This document shows, one piece after another, positions 8,379 to 18,738 of a DNA stretch of 64,000 nucleotides. The position numbers and the translations under genes are program-made. The DNA lies in the IMG/VR virus record IMGVR_UViG_3300042898_001439, positions 1 through 64,000 of that record, one strand, 5' to 3'. Numbering within the stretch: position 1 is the stretch's first letter; each line of letters opens with the position of its first letter. Origin of the DNA: a virus. The notes beneath the pieces are model-generated. The model made no database searches. It worked only from the letters and a program-made list of their open reading frames with translations, and was not told where the DNA came from.

Positions 8379-9344
8379 ATGCTCAGTACTAAATATGTTA
8401 TAACAGATATCAAAGATGTTCCTATAGCGTGGATCTTTGAGTATTATTTGAATCTACCTGAAAGACTTCATGGTCAACAAGTAAAACTTTTATCTGTGTT
8501 TAAACATGAACGTACTCCGAGTATGACACTCTGGTATGATCATTCTAAACGTGAATACAGATTCAAAGATTTTTCTAGTGGTGAAGGAGGTAGTGCTTAT
8601 GATCTTGTGTCAAAGCTTTACAATATCAGTTTCAAAGCTGCCATTAGTAGAATAATGGAAGACTATTCTAAAGCAAAAGCTTCTGGAATAGACAGTGCTG
8701 TTGAGATAAACCCACAAAGATCTTATACCATAGAATCATTTGAGACCCGTAACTGGATTGATAATGATGCTAAGTATTGGTCCCAGTATGGAATATCACG
8801 CAGACAGCTTGAAAGATATAATGTCAAGCCTTTGAAGTCATACAGGATGAACAATGGAGATAAAACATTAGATTTTACTCCTAGTATCATTACGTATGGT
8901 TACTTCAGTATGACTGGAACTCTATACAAGATCTATAGTCCAAAAAATCCTAAGAGAAAGTTCTTTAAGGTTGCTGATCATGTTCAGGGTATTGAACAAC
9001 TCAAGTATGAGTCCGACATTTTGGTTATTTGCTCCTCACTAAAGGATGCAATGTGCCTAGATGCTATGGGTTTTAAACTAGAAGTTATTGCCCCAGACAG
9101 TGAGAACACGGTAATCAAACCAATGTATATTGATGTACTTAAAAGAAAGTACAAAAAGATTATTACGTTGTTTGACAATGATGAAGCCGGTATCAAAGCA
9201 ATTGAGAGATACAAAACTGAGTTAGGTATTAACGGATGTTTCTATCCAACAGCAAAAGATGTTTCTGATGCTGTAGCTAGAGACGGACAAGAGAGTGTAA
9301 AGAATACTCTTGAAAGAATTTTAAGTGCAACTATTAACGTATGA
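8379..9344 (+). CDS. DnaG-type primase (crAss-like)
   Basis: ERTPS...FKDFSSGEGG N-terminal domain; TOPRIM ICSSLKD and LFDNDEAG; KDVSD; ATG 8379 follows the terminator. Confidence 0.85.
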   Translation: MLSTKYVITDIKDVPIAWIFEYYLNLPERLHGQQVKLLSVFKHERTPSMTLWYDHSKREYRFKDFSSGEGGSAYDLVSKLYNISFKAAISRIMEDYSKAKASGIDSAVEINPQRSYTIESFETRNWIDNDAKYWSQYGISRRQLERYNVKPLKSYRMNNGDKTLDFTPSIITYGYFSMTGTLYKIYSPKNPKRKFFKVADHVQGIEQLKYESDILVICSSLKDAMCLDAMGFKLEVIAPDSENTVIKPMYIDVLKRKYKKIITLFDNDEAGIKAIERYKTELGINGCFYPTAKDVSDAVARDGQESVKNTLERILSATINV

Positions 9345-9709
9345 GTGATATCTTCATCCCTGGCAGTGTTCCAAGCTCTAAAAATTCTAGAGTTTGGACA
9401 GGTAGATTCTTTATTGCTAGTAAAGCAGTGCAGAAGTGGCGTAAAGAAACAGAACCATTCTGGATTAAGCACAAAGCTGAATTTCTACAAAAGCTAGACG
9501 GATTGGAGAAGCCATACAAATTATCTATGCGGTTCGTTCGTGGTAGCAAACATGAGTTTGATTACCTTAACCCCGCTCAAACAATTCAAGATGAGATGGT
9601 AAAGCATGGGTGGTTAGAAGATGATAATGCTTCTATAGTGATACCAGTGTTTGAACCATACTCATACGATAAAAAAAATCCTGGAGTATATGTTAATATT
9701 ATTAGATGA
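9341..9709 (+). CDS. RusA-like Holliday junction resolvase
   Basis: VPSSKNS, FDYLNPAQTIQD and LEDDN motifs. Confidence 0.75.
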   Translation: MSDIFIPGSVPSSKNSRVWTGRFFIASKAVQKWRKETEPFWIKHKAEFLQKLDGLEKPYKLSMRFVRGSKHEFDYLNPAQTIQDEMVKHGWLEDDNASIVIPVFEPYSYDKKNPGVYVNIIR

Positions 9710-10046
9710 ACTCAAAGTTTACTTTGCTTCAAAGAGCTTAGACGATATACGTTATATCAGAATCACTTATGATGGTGCCGGTGACAGTGGTGATATTGGT
9801 GATATAGAATTATTTTTTGATAATCATCGTTACCATGATAATGTTCATGGTGACGAATATGAAATGCTTTGTGAAGTATTTAATAAATACTTTGACGATA
9901 AAATTGGAGACTGGTATAATGATGATGGTGGTTTTGGATATGTAGAGATTGATGTTAAAGAAGCTACATATTATATTCAAGCTAACTACAGAACCGTTCA
10001 ATCATCAAATTTAGAAGGAAGTATTTTAGATTTAAAAGAAGATTAA
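9690..10046 (+). CDS. DUF6878-like acidic protein
   Basis: YDGAGDSGDI and DWYNDDGGFG motifs. Confidence 0.6.
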   Translation: MLILLDELKVYFASKSLDDIRYIRITYDGAGDSGDIGDIELFFDNHRYHDNVHGDEYEMLCEVFNKYFDDKIGDWYNDDGGFGYVEIDVKEATYYIQANYRTVQSSNLEGSILDLKED

Positions 10047-10047
10047 T

Positions 10048-10389
10048 ATGGCACATCCCTGTGAGCATTCTAAAAGCTCAGTAAAAAAATGGGGAGGTCA
10101 GCCAGAAGATTACTTACATATTCACAATTGGTTTGATGAAACCAAAGGGTGGTTGGGTCATAGTGCCCATAGATTATTCCGTCATCACAGTGAAGGAATA
10201 TTTGAGTGTGAAAAGATATTCGGTGTATCATTTGTTAATTCAGATGGTAAAACCGTATACACTCGTTATGTAGGTGAACAGCATGTCAAAGAAGACTGCT
10301 ATGGTAAGATCCCCTCAGCAAAAGAATGGATTGATAATTTTAACACTCCTAAAGAATGGATGAGGAAAACTCTGAAGATAGAAGACTAA
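10048..10389 (+). CDS. DUF6915-like His-rich protein
   Basis: MAHP..HS.SSVKKWGG.PEDY..IH.WFD, HRLFRHH and EQHVKED motifs. Confidence 0.7.
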   Translation: MAHPCEHSKSSVKKWGGQPEDYLHIHNWFDETKGWLGHSAHRLFRHHSEGIFECEKIFGVSFVNSDGKTVYTRYVGEQHVKEDCYGKIPSAKEWIDNFNTPKEWMRKTLKIED

Positions 10390-10769
10390 AGATTGACGAA
10401 CCTTATTATTACAATCTCTTAGAGATTATTAGTTCTAATGATATTGAAAACCAAAAGATTGCTTTTCAAATCATTGAGAATATGGATTATGAAGACAATT
10501 TTGTCTATATCCTGTTTTTATACCGTAGTTGTGATACAAAGAAGCGTTCCGTTTGGAATGATTTTGCTCCTAAAAGCTGTTCATTTTGTGAGGAATTGAA
10601 AAACAAATACTCATTAAACGTTACTGGTCTTTATAAGAGTATGAAGGGTAAGGTTACTGAAGAGCAACAAGATTTTGTTTCTCGTCAGTTTTCTAGTTCT
10701 TTACTTAAAACTCTTTCTAACTATGGTTATGACTTTGTTGAAGAAATCCAATTTAAAATCAAATGGTAG
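10356..10769 (+). CDS. hypothetical helical protein (similar to part of 13115..14242)
   Basis: IDE..Y.NLLEIISSNDIENQKIA..II.N.DYE motif. Confidence 0.7.
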   Translation: MDEENSEDRRLKIDEPYYYNLLEIISSNDIENQKIAFQIIENMDYEDNFVYILFLYRSCDTKKRSVWNDFAPKSCSFCEELKNKYSLNVTGLYKSMKGKVTEEQQDFVSRQFSSSLLKTLSNYGYDFVEEIQFKIKW

Positions 10770-11911
10770 ATAAAAATGAAAGTCTAGCTAAAATTTCTAA
10801 AACATTGATACTTGAGCAGCCCTTTTACGGGCTGTTTTTGATTTCATTGAATAAGGTTTGGCGTAATGACTTACCGACAGCGGGTGTCTCTATCAGTGGT
10901 ATTAACCAGCAGCTTGCAATCAATCCAGAATTTTGGGCTAGCCTTAATGACGATGTCAAGAAAGGTGTTCTGATTCACGAGTTGATGCACATTGCTTTTA
11001 ATCACCTTGTAACTAGAGACAACTATCAAGATAAAAAGCTCTTCAATATTGCAGCTGATCTTGAGATCAACCAATATATTGATAGAGATTGGCTTCCTGA
11101 AAACGGTATCTTCTTGGATACATTTCCAGAGCTTAATCTTCCAGACAGAGCAGGTACTGATAAGTACTACAAACTTCTTCAACAAGCACATGAGGATGGT
11201 ACATCACCACAGCTTGATGAAATGCTAAGTGAAGATGACTTTCACTTTACTTGGGGAGAAGGTATTGATAATCTTACTGATGCAGAAAAGAAACTTATCC
11301 AAAAACAAGTTGAGCATCAGCTTAAAGATGTTGTAGAGGGTATAAAAGATCGTGGTAATATCCCCGGTCATTTTAGAGAACTCATAAACAATATCTTTCA
11401 TCAAGAGCCTGCCAAGTTTGACTGGAAAGGTTATCTACGCAGATTTGCTGGTAACAGTAATAAGATCTATACTAAGAAGACTAGACGTAAACCTAACAAG
11501 CGATATGATGGTAACCCAGCATTGAAAATCAAAATGCGGAATCACGTATTACTTGCTGTAGATACTTCTGCTTCTGTAAGTAGCAGTGAGCTTCAGGAAT
11601 TCTTATCTGAGATGAATCACATTCATAAGACAGGTACAGATATTACTGTAGTACAGTGTGATACTCACATGCATGATCCAGAAGCATTTAATCCAAAGAA
11701 AGAATTCAAGGTTAAAGGTCGTGGTGGTACTGATTTTCAGCCAGTTATAGATCACTATAACAAAAATTCTAAGAAGTATACTTCTATTATTTACTTCACC
11801 GATGGTGAATGTAGTTCTCCGAACAATGTTCGTTGTAAAATTTTATGGGTTCATTCTTCAAAATGTACAATCAATCAGGATCTACCTGGTTTCAAAATCC
11901 AACTTAATTAA
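10763..11911 (+). CDS. metallopeptidase-like plus vWA domain protein (DUF2201-type)
   Basis: HELMH zincin motif, FNIAADLEIN, MIDAS VDTSAS, GRGGTDF and FTDG. Confidence 0.9.
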   Translation: MVDKNESLAKISKTLILEQPFYGLFLISLNKVWRNDLPTAGVSISGINQQLAINPEFWASLNDDVKKGVLIHELMHIAFNHLVTRDNYQDKKLFNIAADLEINQYIDRDWLPENGIFLDTFPELNLPDRAGTDKYYKLLQQAHEDGTSPQLDEMLSEDDFHFTWGEGIDNLTDAEKKLIQKQVEHQLKDVVEGIKDRGNIPGHFRELINNIFHQEPAKFDWKGYLRRFAGNSNKIYTKKTRRKPNKRYDGNPALKIKMRNHVLLAVDTSASVSSSELQEFLSEMNHIHKTGTDITVVQCDTHMHDPEAFNPKKEFKVKGRGGTDFQPVIDHYNKNSKKYTSIIYFTDGECSSPNNVRCKILWVHSSKCTINQDLPGFKIQLN

Positions 11912-11912
11912 A

Positions 11913-13115
11913 ATGGCACACGTAAATCTTAATACTAACGAAGTAAAAGACTTTCTTCGTCATATTATATCTAACAACCAAGTAATTCAATCTCAGGGCA
12001 AGAATCCTGTTGCTGTTGAGGTTGTTGGTGACTCAGGTATAGGTAAGACTTCTACTATCATCCAGCTTGCAGAAGAGCTCAAATTAAACTTTGTAAAACT
12101 AAACCTTGCTCAGATTGAAGAATTAGGTGACCTTGTAGGTTTCCCAATTGTACAATATCAAATTCAAGAAAAGATGACCACATCTAATCCTAATGAAGTG
12201 CGTACTCCACGTACCGCATGGGTTAATGAAGTATCTTTTCAAGAGTATCTTAAAGCTGGTTTTAAAGACACGGGTAAAACTCGTATGTCTTATGCTGCAC
12301 CTGAATGGATTGCAGGTAAAGAAGATGGTGGTATCCTTCTTCTTGATGACTGGAACCGTGCTGATACTCGTTTCATTCAAGCTGTAATGGAACTTGTTGA
12401 TCGTCAGACTTATATCTCTTGGAGTCTTCCAAAGAACTGGCATATTATCCTGACTAGTAATCCGGATAATGGTGACTACATGGTTAATAGTATTGACAGT
12501 GCACAACGCACTCGTTTTATTACTGCTAACCTTAAGTTTGATGTTGATGTATGGGCTAAGTGGGCAGAAGAAAATGGTGTTGACGGTCGTTGCATCAATT
12601 TCTTGCTAATGCACCCTGAACTTGTTACTCAAGAAACTAATGCTCGTAGTATTACTACCTTCTTCAATTCTATCTCTAGTATTGAGAACTTTGAAGATCA
12701 GTTACCTCTTATCCAAATGATTGGTGAGGGTTCTGTTGGAGCTGAGTTTGCAACAATGTTTACCATGTTTATCAATAACCGTCTTGACAAGATCATTACT
12801 CCTGAGAAGGTAATGTCTATGGATGATTGGTCTTCTGTAAAAGGACAGTTGACTAGTGTTATTGGTAAAGAAGACAACTACCGTGCAGACATTGCATCGG
12901 TAATCACACGTCGTTTGATTAACTACAATCTTATCAATGCAGAGAAATCTGCTATTAACCAAAAGGTTTTCGATAGACTGTCTTATTTGATGACTGAAGA
13001 CCTATTTACAAATGACCTTAAGTACACTCTTGTACGAGAAATTGTAAACGGTAACCGCACGAAGTTCCAAAAACTTCTAATGAATCCAGAAATTGTTAAA
13101 ATGACTATTAGCTAA
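11913..13115 (+). CDS. MoxR-type AAA+ ATPase
   Basis: GDSGIGKT, LGDLVGFP, LLLDDWNRA, TSNP and DSAQRTRF; ATG at 11913. Confidence 0.9.
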   Translation: MAHVNLNTNEVKDFLRHIISNNQVIQSQGKNPVAVEVVGDSGIGKTSTIIQLAEELKLNFVKLNLAQIEELGDLVGFPIVQYQIQEKMTTSNPNEVRTPRTAWVNEVSFQEYLKAGFKDTGKTRMSYAAPEWIAGKEDGGILLLDDWNRADTRFIQAVMELVDRQTYISWSLPKNWHIILTSNPDNGDYMVNSIDSAQRTRFITANLKFDVDVWAKWAEENGVDGRCINFLLMHPELVTQETNARSITTFFNSISSIENFEDQLPLIQMIGEGSVGAEFATMFTMFINNRLDKIITPEKVMSMDDWSSVKGQLTSVIGKEDNYRADIASVITRRLINYNLINAEKSAINQKVFDRLSYLMTEDLFTNDLKYTLVREIVNGNRTKFQKLLMNPEIVKMTIS

Positions 13116-14242
13116 TGATTACATTTAACCAGTTTGGTGAGGTTGATCCCAGTGTCAGAGCGGCACTGGGCAACCACATCTCCGAAGTATATTTTGTAAA
13201 GAAAAACACAGCCGATTATTATACTCCTCTTTTTCATAAAGTTTATAAACTCAGTATTGCAGTTGGGGAAAAACTTTTGAATAAAGTGACTTCTTCTAAT
13301 GATGACATTGTATCTGGTGATAAAGTTTTCTTTGTTCCTGGTAACAAAATGTCAGCTATGAAGCTGAAGGACTCCATTGAAAAACAAGGAGCTAAGATTA
13401 GTAAGACTTATGACACTGCTAATGTTATAGTATTTCCACAGGATATCTATTTTACACATCTAGATAATTATAGACCTGAGACTGTTATACCTTGTCTTCA
13501 TCAAAAAGATAGTTTTAGTGGTAGCACTTTAGTTTCTCATAGTGATCACTACTATTACGTTAAAGATGCTTCAAATTATTCAGAAAATAAACTACCGGAT
13601 AAAACTGAAGGTACTGTTTACATATCTCCATTAGGAACATACCGATTAAATCGTGGTACTAATGGTGAATTGCTGGAGAAAGTATCAGAGGAAACTCTAG
13701 CGTTCTCTGGTTATCTTTTGAACATGCTGTACTATGCAGCAAAGAATAAGATAAAGATCATTTCTGCTGAAAACTTTGAAGACAAGTATTGTGAGTCTAT
13801 GACTATTCTTGATAAAGAGTCTATGCAAACAATTATTCAAATGTTTTCTGGAAGCGATCAAGATACAACACTAGCATCAATTCTTTTAGCTAACTCTGAC
13901 CATGAAGAAAAGTCTTTTTATCTATGGTATATCATGGATAAAATTTCTTTGCATAGATTAGAACAAAATAAAAGAGTTAAGGACGTTAAGTACTTTATAG
14001 AAAACTCCGAAGCTTCGAATTATGCTGGACTTACGGCTAATGAATTCTATGAGCATGTGCTTAAAGAACTAAAAAAGCCTGAAGTATTTGTAGAAGATGA
14101 TTATGCTTTTAAGACTATTTCTAACAAGATGCTCTCAGAATATGTTAAATCTTTACCTAACGCTGTTCAAAGACTTATTAAAAGTGATGCTATTGAAGCA
14201 AGCTTTGTTGTTAAATTGCCAGTTCAACAGGGGGTAGAGTAA
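13115..14242 (+). CDS. hypothetical protein with BRCT-like segment and C-terminal helical domain
   Basis: SGDKVFFVPG...KLKDSIEKQGAKISKTYDTANVIV resembles BRCT. Confidence 0.6.
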   Translation: MITFNQFGEVDPSVRAALGNHISEVYFVKKNTADYYTPLFHKVYKLSIAVGEKLLNKVTSSNDDIVSGDKVFFVPGNKMSAMKLKDSIEKQGAKISKTYDTANVIVFPQDIYFTHLDNYRPETVIPCLHQKDSFSGSTLVSHSDHYYYVKDASNYSENKLPDKTEGTVYISPLGTYRLNRGTNGELLEKVSEETLAFSGYLLNMLYYAAKNKIKIISAENFEDKYCESMTILDKESMQTIIQMFSGSDQDTTLASILLANSDHEEKSFYLWYIMDKISLHRLEQNKRVKDVKYFIENSEASNYAGLTANEFYEHVLKELKKPEVFVEDDYAFKTISNKMLSEYVKSLPNAVQRLIKSDAIEASFVVKLPVQQGVE

Positions 14243-14254
14243 TCTACCCCTTTT
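14230..14254 (+). terminator. intrinsic terminator
   Basis: GGGGTAGA-GTAA-TCTACCCC followed by TTTT. Confidence 0.8.
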
Positions 14255-14266
14255 AACTTTTTATTT

Positions 14267-15226
14267 ATGAATGTAACTCTCAGTTATTCAGGGCTTAACA
14301 AAATGTTGTTTTCCCCTAAACTTTATTATAAACACTATATTCTTGGTCAAAGAGAAGAATCTGTTGATTCTTGGGCAGTAGATGGTAGTATCGTAGATGC
14401 TTATCTAACTGATCAGAAGATTGAAGACAAGTTTGCTATTGTACCAGGTGTAATCCCTACAGAAAGCACTAAGAAACTTGTTTATAAAATTTATAAGCAG
14501 CGTGATGAAGAGCATGTCTCTACTGATTTATCTGCTTATAGTGAGGATATCCTTGATATTCTTATAGAAATCAATCTTCACCAGTCATTGAAGACTGATG
14601 CTCAACGTCTAGAAAAGATCTTAACGGATGATGCTAAAAACTACTTTAAGTTTTTATGTGAGTCTGAAGGTAAGATTGTAATTGACATGGAAACTCTTGA
14701 AAGAAACAAAGCACGAGCAGACATGGTCAAAGCTGATGCTGTTGCATCTGATAGACTGAAGCTCACTGGTTCTGACTTTAACTATGAAGTCATTACACAA
14801 AAGATGCTACAAGTTGCGCTTAAAAAGTATCCAGGTGTTACTCTGCGCGGTATTCCGGATAGAATTGTTATTGATAACAAGAATAAGGTTATCCGAATTA
14901 TTGATATCAAGACAACCAGTAAGTCTCTTAATGACTTCTATCCTGACACATATAACTTTTACAGCTATGGATTGCAAAGTGCTATCTATGTTGTTCTAGT
15001 AATGGGTGATTCGTCAATGCAAGAGTACAAAGGTTACAAACTTGAGTTTGAATTCTTTGTAATAGATAAGTATGATGATTTTTGTTTCTTCCCAATTAGC
15101 AGTGCTCTTATGTCTCACAATCATGATGAGCTAGAGAACGCTATTCAAATTGCAACATATCACATTCAAAACGAAGACTACAATAGACCATACAAATTTA
15201 GAACTGGTATATTTGTATTGTCATGA
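14267..15226 (+). CDS. PD-(D/E)XK exonuclease (RecB / exonuclease VIII-like)
   Basis: LSYSGL, LRGIPDRIVID, IIDIKTT and YGLQSAIY motifs. Confidence 0.85.
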   Translation: MNVTLSYSGLNKMLFSPKLYYKHYILGQREESVDSWAVDGSIVDAYLTDQKIEDKFAIVPGVIPTESTKKLVYKIYKQRDEEHVSTDLSAYSEDILDILIEINLHQSLKTDAQRLEKILTDDAKNYFKFLCESEGKIVIDMETLERNKARADMVKADAVASDRLKLTGSDFNYEVITQKMLQVALKKYPGVTLRGIPDRIVIDNKNKVIRIIDIKTTSKSLNDFYPDTYNFYSYGLQSAIYVVLVMGDSSMQEYKGYKLEFEFFVIDKYDDFCFFPISSALMSHNHDELENAIQIATYHIQNEDYNRPYKFRTGIFVLS

Positions 15227-15780
15227 TTGAGAAACTGAGGAAAGAGTACTTTCAGAAATCGAAGGTATTCTTGTACCCTCTCTTAAAAATTCCAAAAGGA
15301 CACAAATATGTTCCAATAGGTACTTATGTTGCTTGGGTTGAAGAAATTGATTCTGCAGATAAAAAATTCTTGTGTGTATACACTCTTCAGGCAACTGATG
15401 AGTTTTATAAATTTGAGAACAAGTATCTTCTTGGTAATGAAATGTTTAGCAACTTTCATTTACTTGAGGACAATACGGGTTTGTTTGTATTTAATTACAA
15501 CAGGTTTAACGAGGACTATATCAAGTTTCTTGCTGGTAGATATTCAACTATGTCTGAAGACTTCAAGCGGGTTATTGTGCAGTTCTTTAAATCTAAGGAT
15601 ATAAAGAACATTGGGTTTCATCATGTAAATAGCTATCTGTACCCGGACTTCTACTTTGGTAGATATGCACAACTACTAGGTGTAGATAAAGATGTTCTTG
15701 TTGATGTTGGTGAGCTCTGTCCACCAGTTGATATACAAAAGGAAACACTTAAAGTCAAAAAACTAATACTTAATATATGA
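15223..15780 (+). CDS. hypothetical protein
   Basis: 185 aa ORF with ATGA overlaps at both ends. Confidence 0.8.
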   Translation: MIEKLRKEYFQKSKVFLYPLLKIPKGHKYVPIGTYVAWVEEIDSADKKFLCVYTLQATDEFYKFENKYLLGNEMFSNFHLLEDNTGLFVFNYNRFNEDYIKFLAGRYSTMSEDFKRVIVQFFKSKDIKNIGFHHVNSYLYPDFYFGRYAQLLGVDKDVLVDVGELCPPVDIQKETLKVKKLILNI

Positions 15781-17774
15781 AAAAGAAGTTTTGGGTTTAT
15801 GACATTGAAGTATTTGAAAACTTTTTTTGTATTGTTCTTGAGGGAGTTGAAGATGAAGATACGTTGACGTATATGATTCACCCTAGTTATCGTAATGAAT
15901 ACGATGACATGGTAAAATTCCTTAAACAAGAAGGTAAAGCTGGTAGTATATTCTTCGGTTATAACAATCTATCTTACGATTCTCAAGTAATTGAGTTTTT
16001 AATTCAAAATGAAGCTGACTTCACAACAAAGAAGCCAATAGAGATATGTCGTGAAGCTTGGATGTTTTCAAATGCTCTTATACACGGTCAGGATAATCCG
16101 GGATTTAGAACCCCGTATCCTGAGTTTAAGCAGACTTTGAAACAGATTGATGTATTTAAATTGAATCATTGGGACAATCCTGCAAAGAGTTCTTCTCTTA
16201 AATGGATTCAGTATACAATGGACTGGTACAACATCAAAGAGTCAAGCATATCCTTTAATGCTCTAATAGATACAGCAGATCAGATCAGGGAGACCTTGAA
16301 GTATTGTGTAAACGATGTCAAGTCAACTAAAAAGATTGTTCTGTTGAGTAAAGATCTAATCAAGCTTCGCATGAACTTGAGTAGAACTTACAAAATAAAT
16401 CTATTAAGTGCTTCAGAACCAAAGATCAGTAAGGAATTGTTTGCATACTTCTTGGGTCAAAAGCTTAAGATGCATCCTAAAGATGTAAAAGCTCTTCCGA
16501 CTCAGAAGAGAACCTTAATTAGAGTTAATGATATCATCTTATCCTATGTACAGTTTCAAACACCAATATTCAAAGCGGTGCTTGAGAAGTTCAAAACGGT
16601 AATTATTGATCCAGAAAACACTAAGAATGGTTTCAAGCATAGTGTTTTGAATAACGGCGTCAAAACTGACTACGGTCTTGGCGGTATTCATGGCTGTCGT
16701 GCAAGTGGTGTATATGAATCTACCAGTGATTTGATCATCATGACTTCTGACGTAACGTCTTTCTATCCTAATCTAGCTATTCGTAACAAATGGTCTCCTG
16801 GTCACTTAGATCAAGAAGCTTTTAGTGAACAATATGAATGGTTCTTTGAAGAAAGAAATAAAATACCTAAGAAAGATCCGCTAAACTATGTCTATAAGCT
16901 TATTTTAAACTCTACCTATGGTTTGAGTAATGATAAGCACAGTTTTCTGTATGATCCGGAACTTACAATGAAGATTACCATCAACGGTCAGCTTAGTTTA
17001 ACTATGCTGTACGAGATGATATCCGTTGCAATTCCAGAATCTATACCTCTGATGCAAAACACAGATGGTCTTGAGACAATCATACCTAGAAATAAAGTAG
17101 ATATATACCTGCAGATATGTGCAGAATGGGAGAAGATTACTAATCTTCAGCTTGAGCACGATAAATATCAAAGATTAATCTTAGCGGATGTAAACAACTA
17201 CATAGCAGTACACGATTGGAAGTTTATAGATCATGATTCCTGGAAAAAGATGAAAGAATCTAATCCAGATTATGTCTATAAGGTTCTTCCTGAAGGGTTT
17301 GCATATGCAGCTACTAAGTGCAAGGGTAGATTTGAATTTTCTAATCTAGCTCTTCACAAGAACAAATCGCATCTTGTGATATCAAAAGCTGTTTACAATT
17401 ACTTTGTGCACGATATACTTCCCGAAGATTACATAATGACTAACAAGAACATTTATGATTTCTGCGGTGGGGTAAAAGCAAACAGTGCGTACGCCGTACA
17501 AATTGTTTGTGTAGAAAATGGTAAGGAGACTCTGCAAAACATGCATAAGATCACTCGTTACTATTTATCCAATAAAGGTTGCAAAATGCATAAAATGCAT
17601 AGAGAGACGGGTAAAATCATCAGTATTGATGCCGGATCTTGGGTCGTTACTGTATTTAATCAGTACGAAGAAAAACCTTTTGAGGAATATGACATTAACT
17701 ATAAATATTACTTACAGAGAATTACGAGAGAAATAGAAAGTGCTCGTGGTTCTCAACTCTCACTTTTATTTTAA
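15777..17774 (+). CDS. DNA polymerase family B with 3'-5' exonuclease
   Basis: YDIE, GYNNLSYD, YCVNDV exonuclease motifs; DVTSFYP, KLILNSTYG and QNTDG polymerase motifs. Confidence 0.95.
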   Translation: MKKKFWVYDIEVFENFFCIVLEGVEDEDTLTYMIHPSYRNEYDDMVKFLKQEGKAGSIFFGYNNLSYDSQVIEFLIQNEADFTTKKPIEICREAWMFSNALIHGQDNPGFRTPYPEFKQTLKQIDVFKLNHWDNPAKSSSLKWIQYTMDWYNIKESSISFNALIDTADQIRETLKYCVNDVKSTKKIVLLSKDLIKLRMNLSRTYKINLLSASEPKISKELFAYFLGQKLKMHPKDVKALPTQKRTLIRVNDIILSYVQFQTPIFKAVLEKFKTVIIDPENTKNGFKHSVLNNGVKTDYGLGGIHGCRASGVYESTSDLIIMTSDVTSFYPNLAIRNKWSPGHLDQEAFSEQYEWFFEERNKIPKKDPLNYVYKLILNSTYGLSNDKHSFLYDPELTMKITINGQLSLTMLYEMISVAIPESIPLMQNTDGLETIIPRNKVDIYLQICAEWEKITNLQLEHDKYQRLILADVNNYIAVHDWKFIDHDSWKKMKESNPDYVYKVLPEGFAYAATKCKGRFEFSNLALHKNKSHLVISKAVYNYFVHDILPEDYIMTNKNIYDFCGGVKANSAYAVQIVCVENGKETLQNMHKITRYYLSNKGCKMHKMHRETGKIISIDAGSWVVTVFNQYEEKPFEEYDINYKYYLQRITREIESARGSQLSLLF

Positions 17775-17775
17775 A

Positions 17776-18723
17776 ATGAAAAAAATCCCTAGTGTTACGG
17801 AGCAAGAACTTGCTACCGTTACAATCCCCAATCACGGCAAGCGGTATGCACCAATTACTTACACTCAAATTATCAGTGAAGTAAAACGTCAGGCTGCTGC
17901 TCACGGAATTGACATTGTTAATTCTGTTTACAGAACTACTCTAGGTGGTAACATTGCCACCGGTCAGTATTTTTTGAACTATGGTAACGATCCAGACATC
18001 AAGTTGATGTTTGCTTGGACTAACAGCTACAATAAAATGCGCAGATTCTCTTGTGGAATGGGCACTTATGTTAGTGTTTGTCTAAACGGTATGCTAACTG
18101 CGGATTACAGTAAGTATTCTCGCAAGCATATTGGTAGTACCAAAAAGGGTAACACAGCTTATGTAGAGATGGTAGATCAGATTGAAGAACAATTCAAGCT
18201 GGCTTCTAATGTCTTTGCTAAGATGGTCCAAGATAAGAACAGTATGATCGATCGTAGTCTTAGCAATGCTGAGATTAATGAATTACTCGGTCGTCTTTTC
18301 ATGGATGATGTTGTTGGTAGTGTACAAATGAATATTGTAAAACAGCAGCTTAAAGCTCCTAGTTATATGTATTCAGGTGAGAAAAACTCATTGTGGCACT
18401 TCTATAACCACGTTACCCATGCTCTTAAAGAGGAGCACCCAATTAGTTTTGATGAAGCTCATTATAAGCTTCATGAAATGATTACTAATAATTATCTAAC
18501 TTCTACAGTTGCTGCACCTATGAACATTAAAGCAGTAGTTTTATCGGAGGATGATGATGATCAGTTGATGGAAGAGTTTCAACCACTAGATCAAGAAGTA
18601 GATGCTATTCTTGAACAAGAGGAAACTAGCACTGAATTAGTTTTTGTTGAAGATTTAACGGAAAACGTTAAAGAAGAAAATAAAACTGAGGAGGATAATG
18701 ATTTAGACTGGTTAAATTTCTAA
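17776..18723 (+). CDS. DUF932/DUF945-like protein with acidic tail
   Basis: YAPITY, NSYNK...VSVCLNGM and SLWHFYNHVT motifs. Confidence 0.65.
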   Translation: MKKIPSVTEQELATVTIPNHGKRYAPITYTQIISEVKRQAAAHGIDIVNSVYRTTLGGNIATGQYFLNYGNDPDIKLMFAWTNSYNKMRRFSCGMGTYVSVCLNGMLTADYSKYSRKHIGSTKKGNTAYVEMVDQIEEQFKLASNVFAKMVQDKNSMIDRSLSNAEINELLGRLFMDDVVGSVQMNIVKQQLKAPSYMYSGEKNSLWHFYNHVTHALKEEHPISFDEAHYKLHEMITNNYLTSTVAAPMNIKAVVLSEDDDDQLMEEFQPLDQEVDAILEQEETSTELVFVEDLTENVKEENKTEEDNDLDWLNF

Positions 18724-18738
18724 CTTTGGGTTGCTTGT

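Noticed and set aside
15777-17774. Intein or intron in PolB or the helicases
   Set aside because: Motif spacing is normal, with no splice-junction or homing-endonuclease insert
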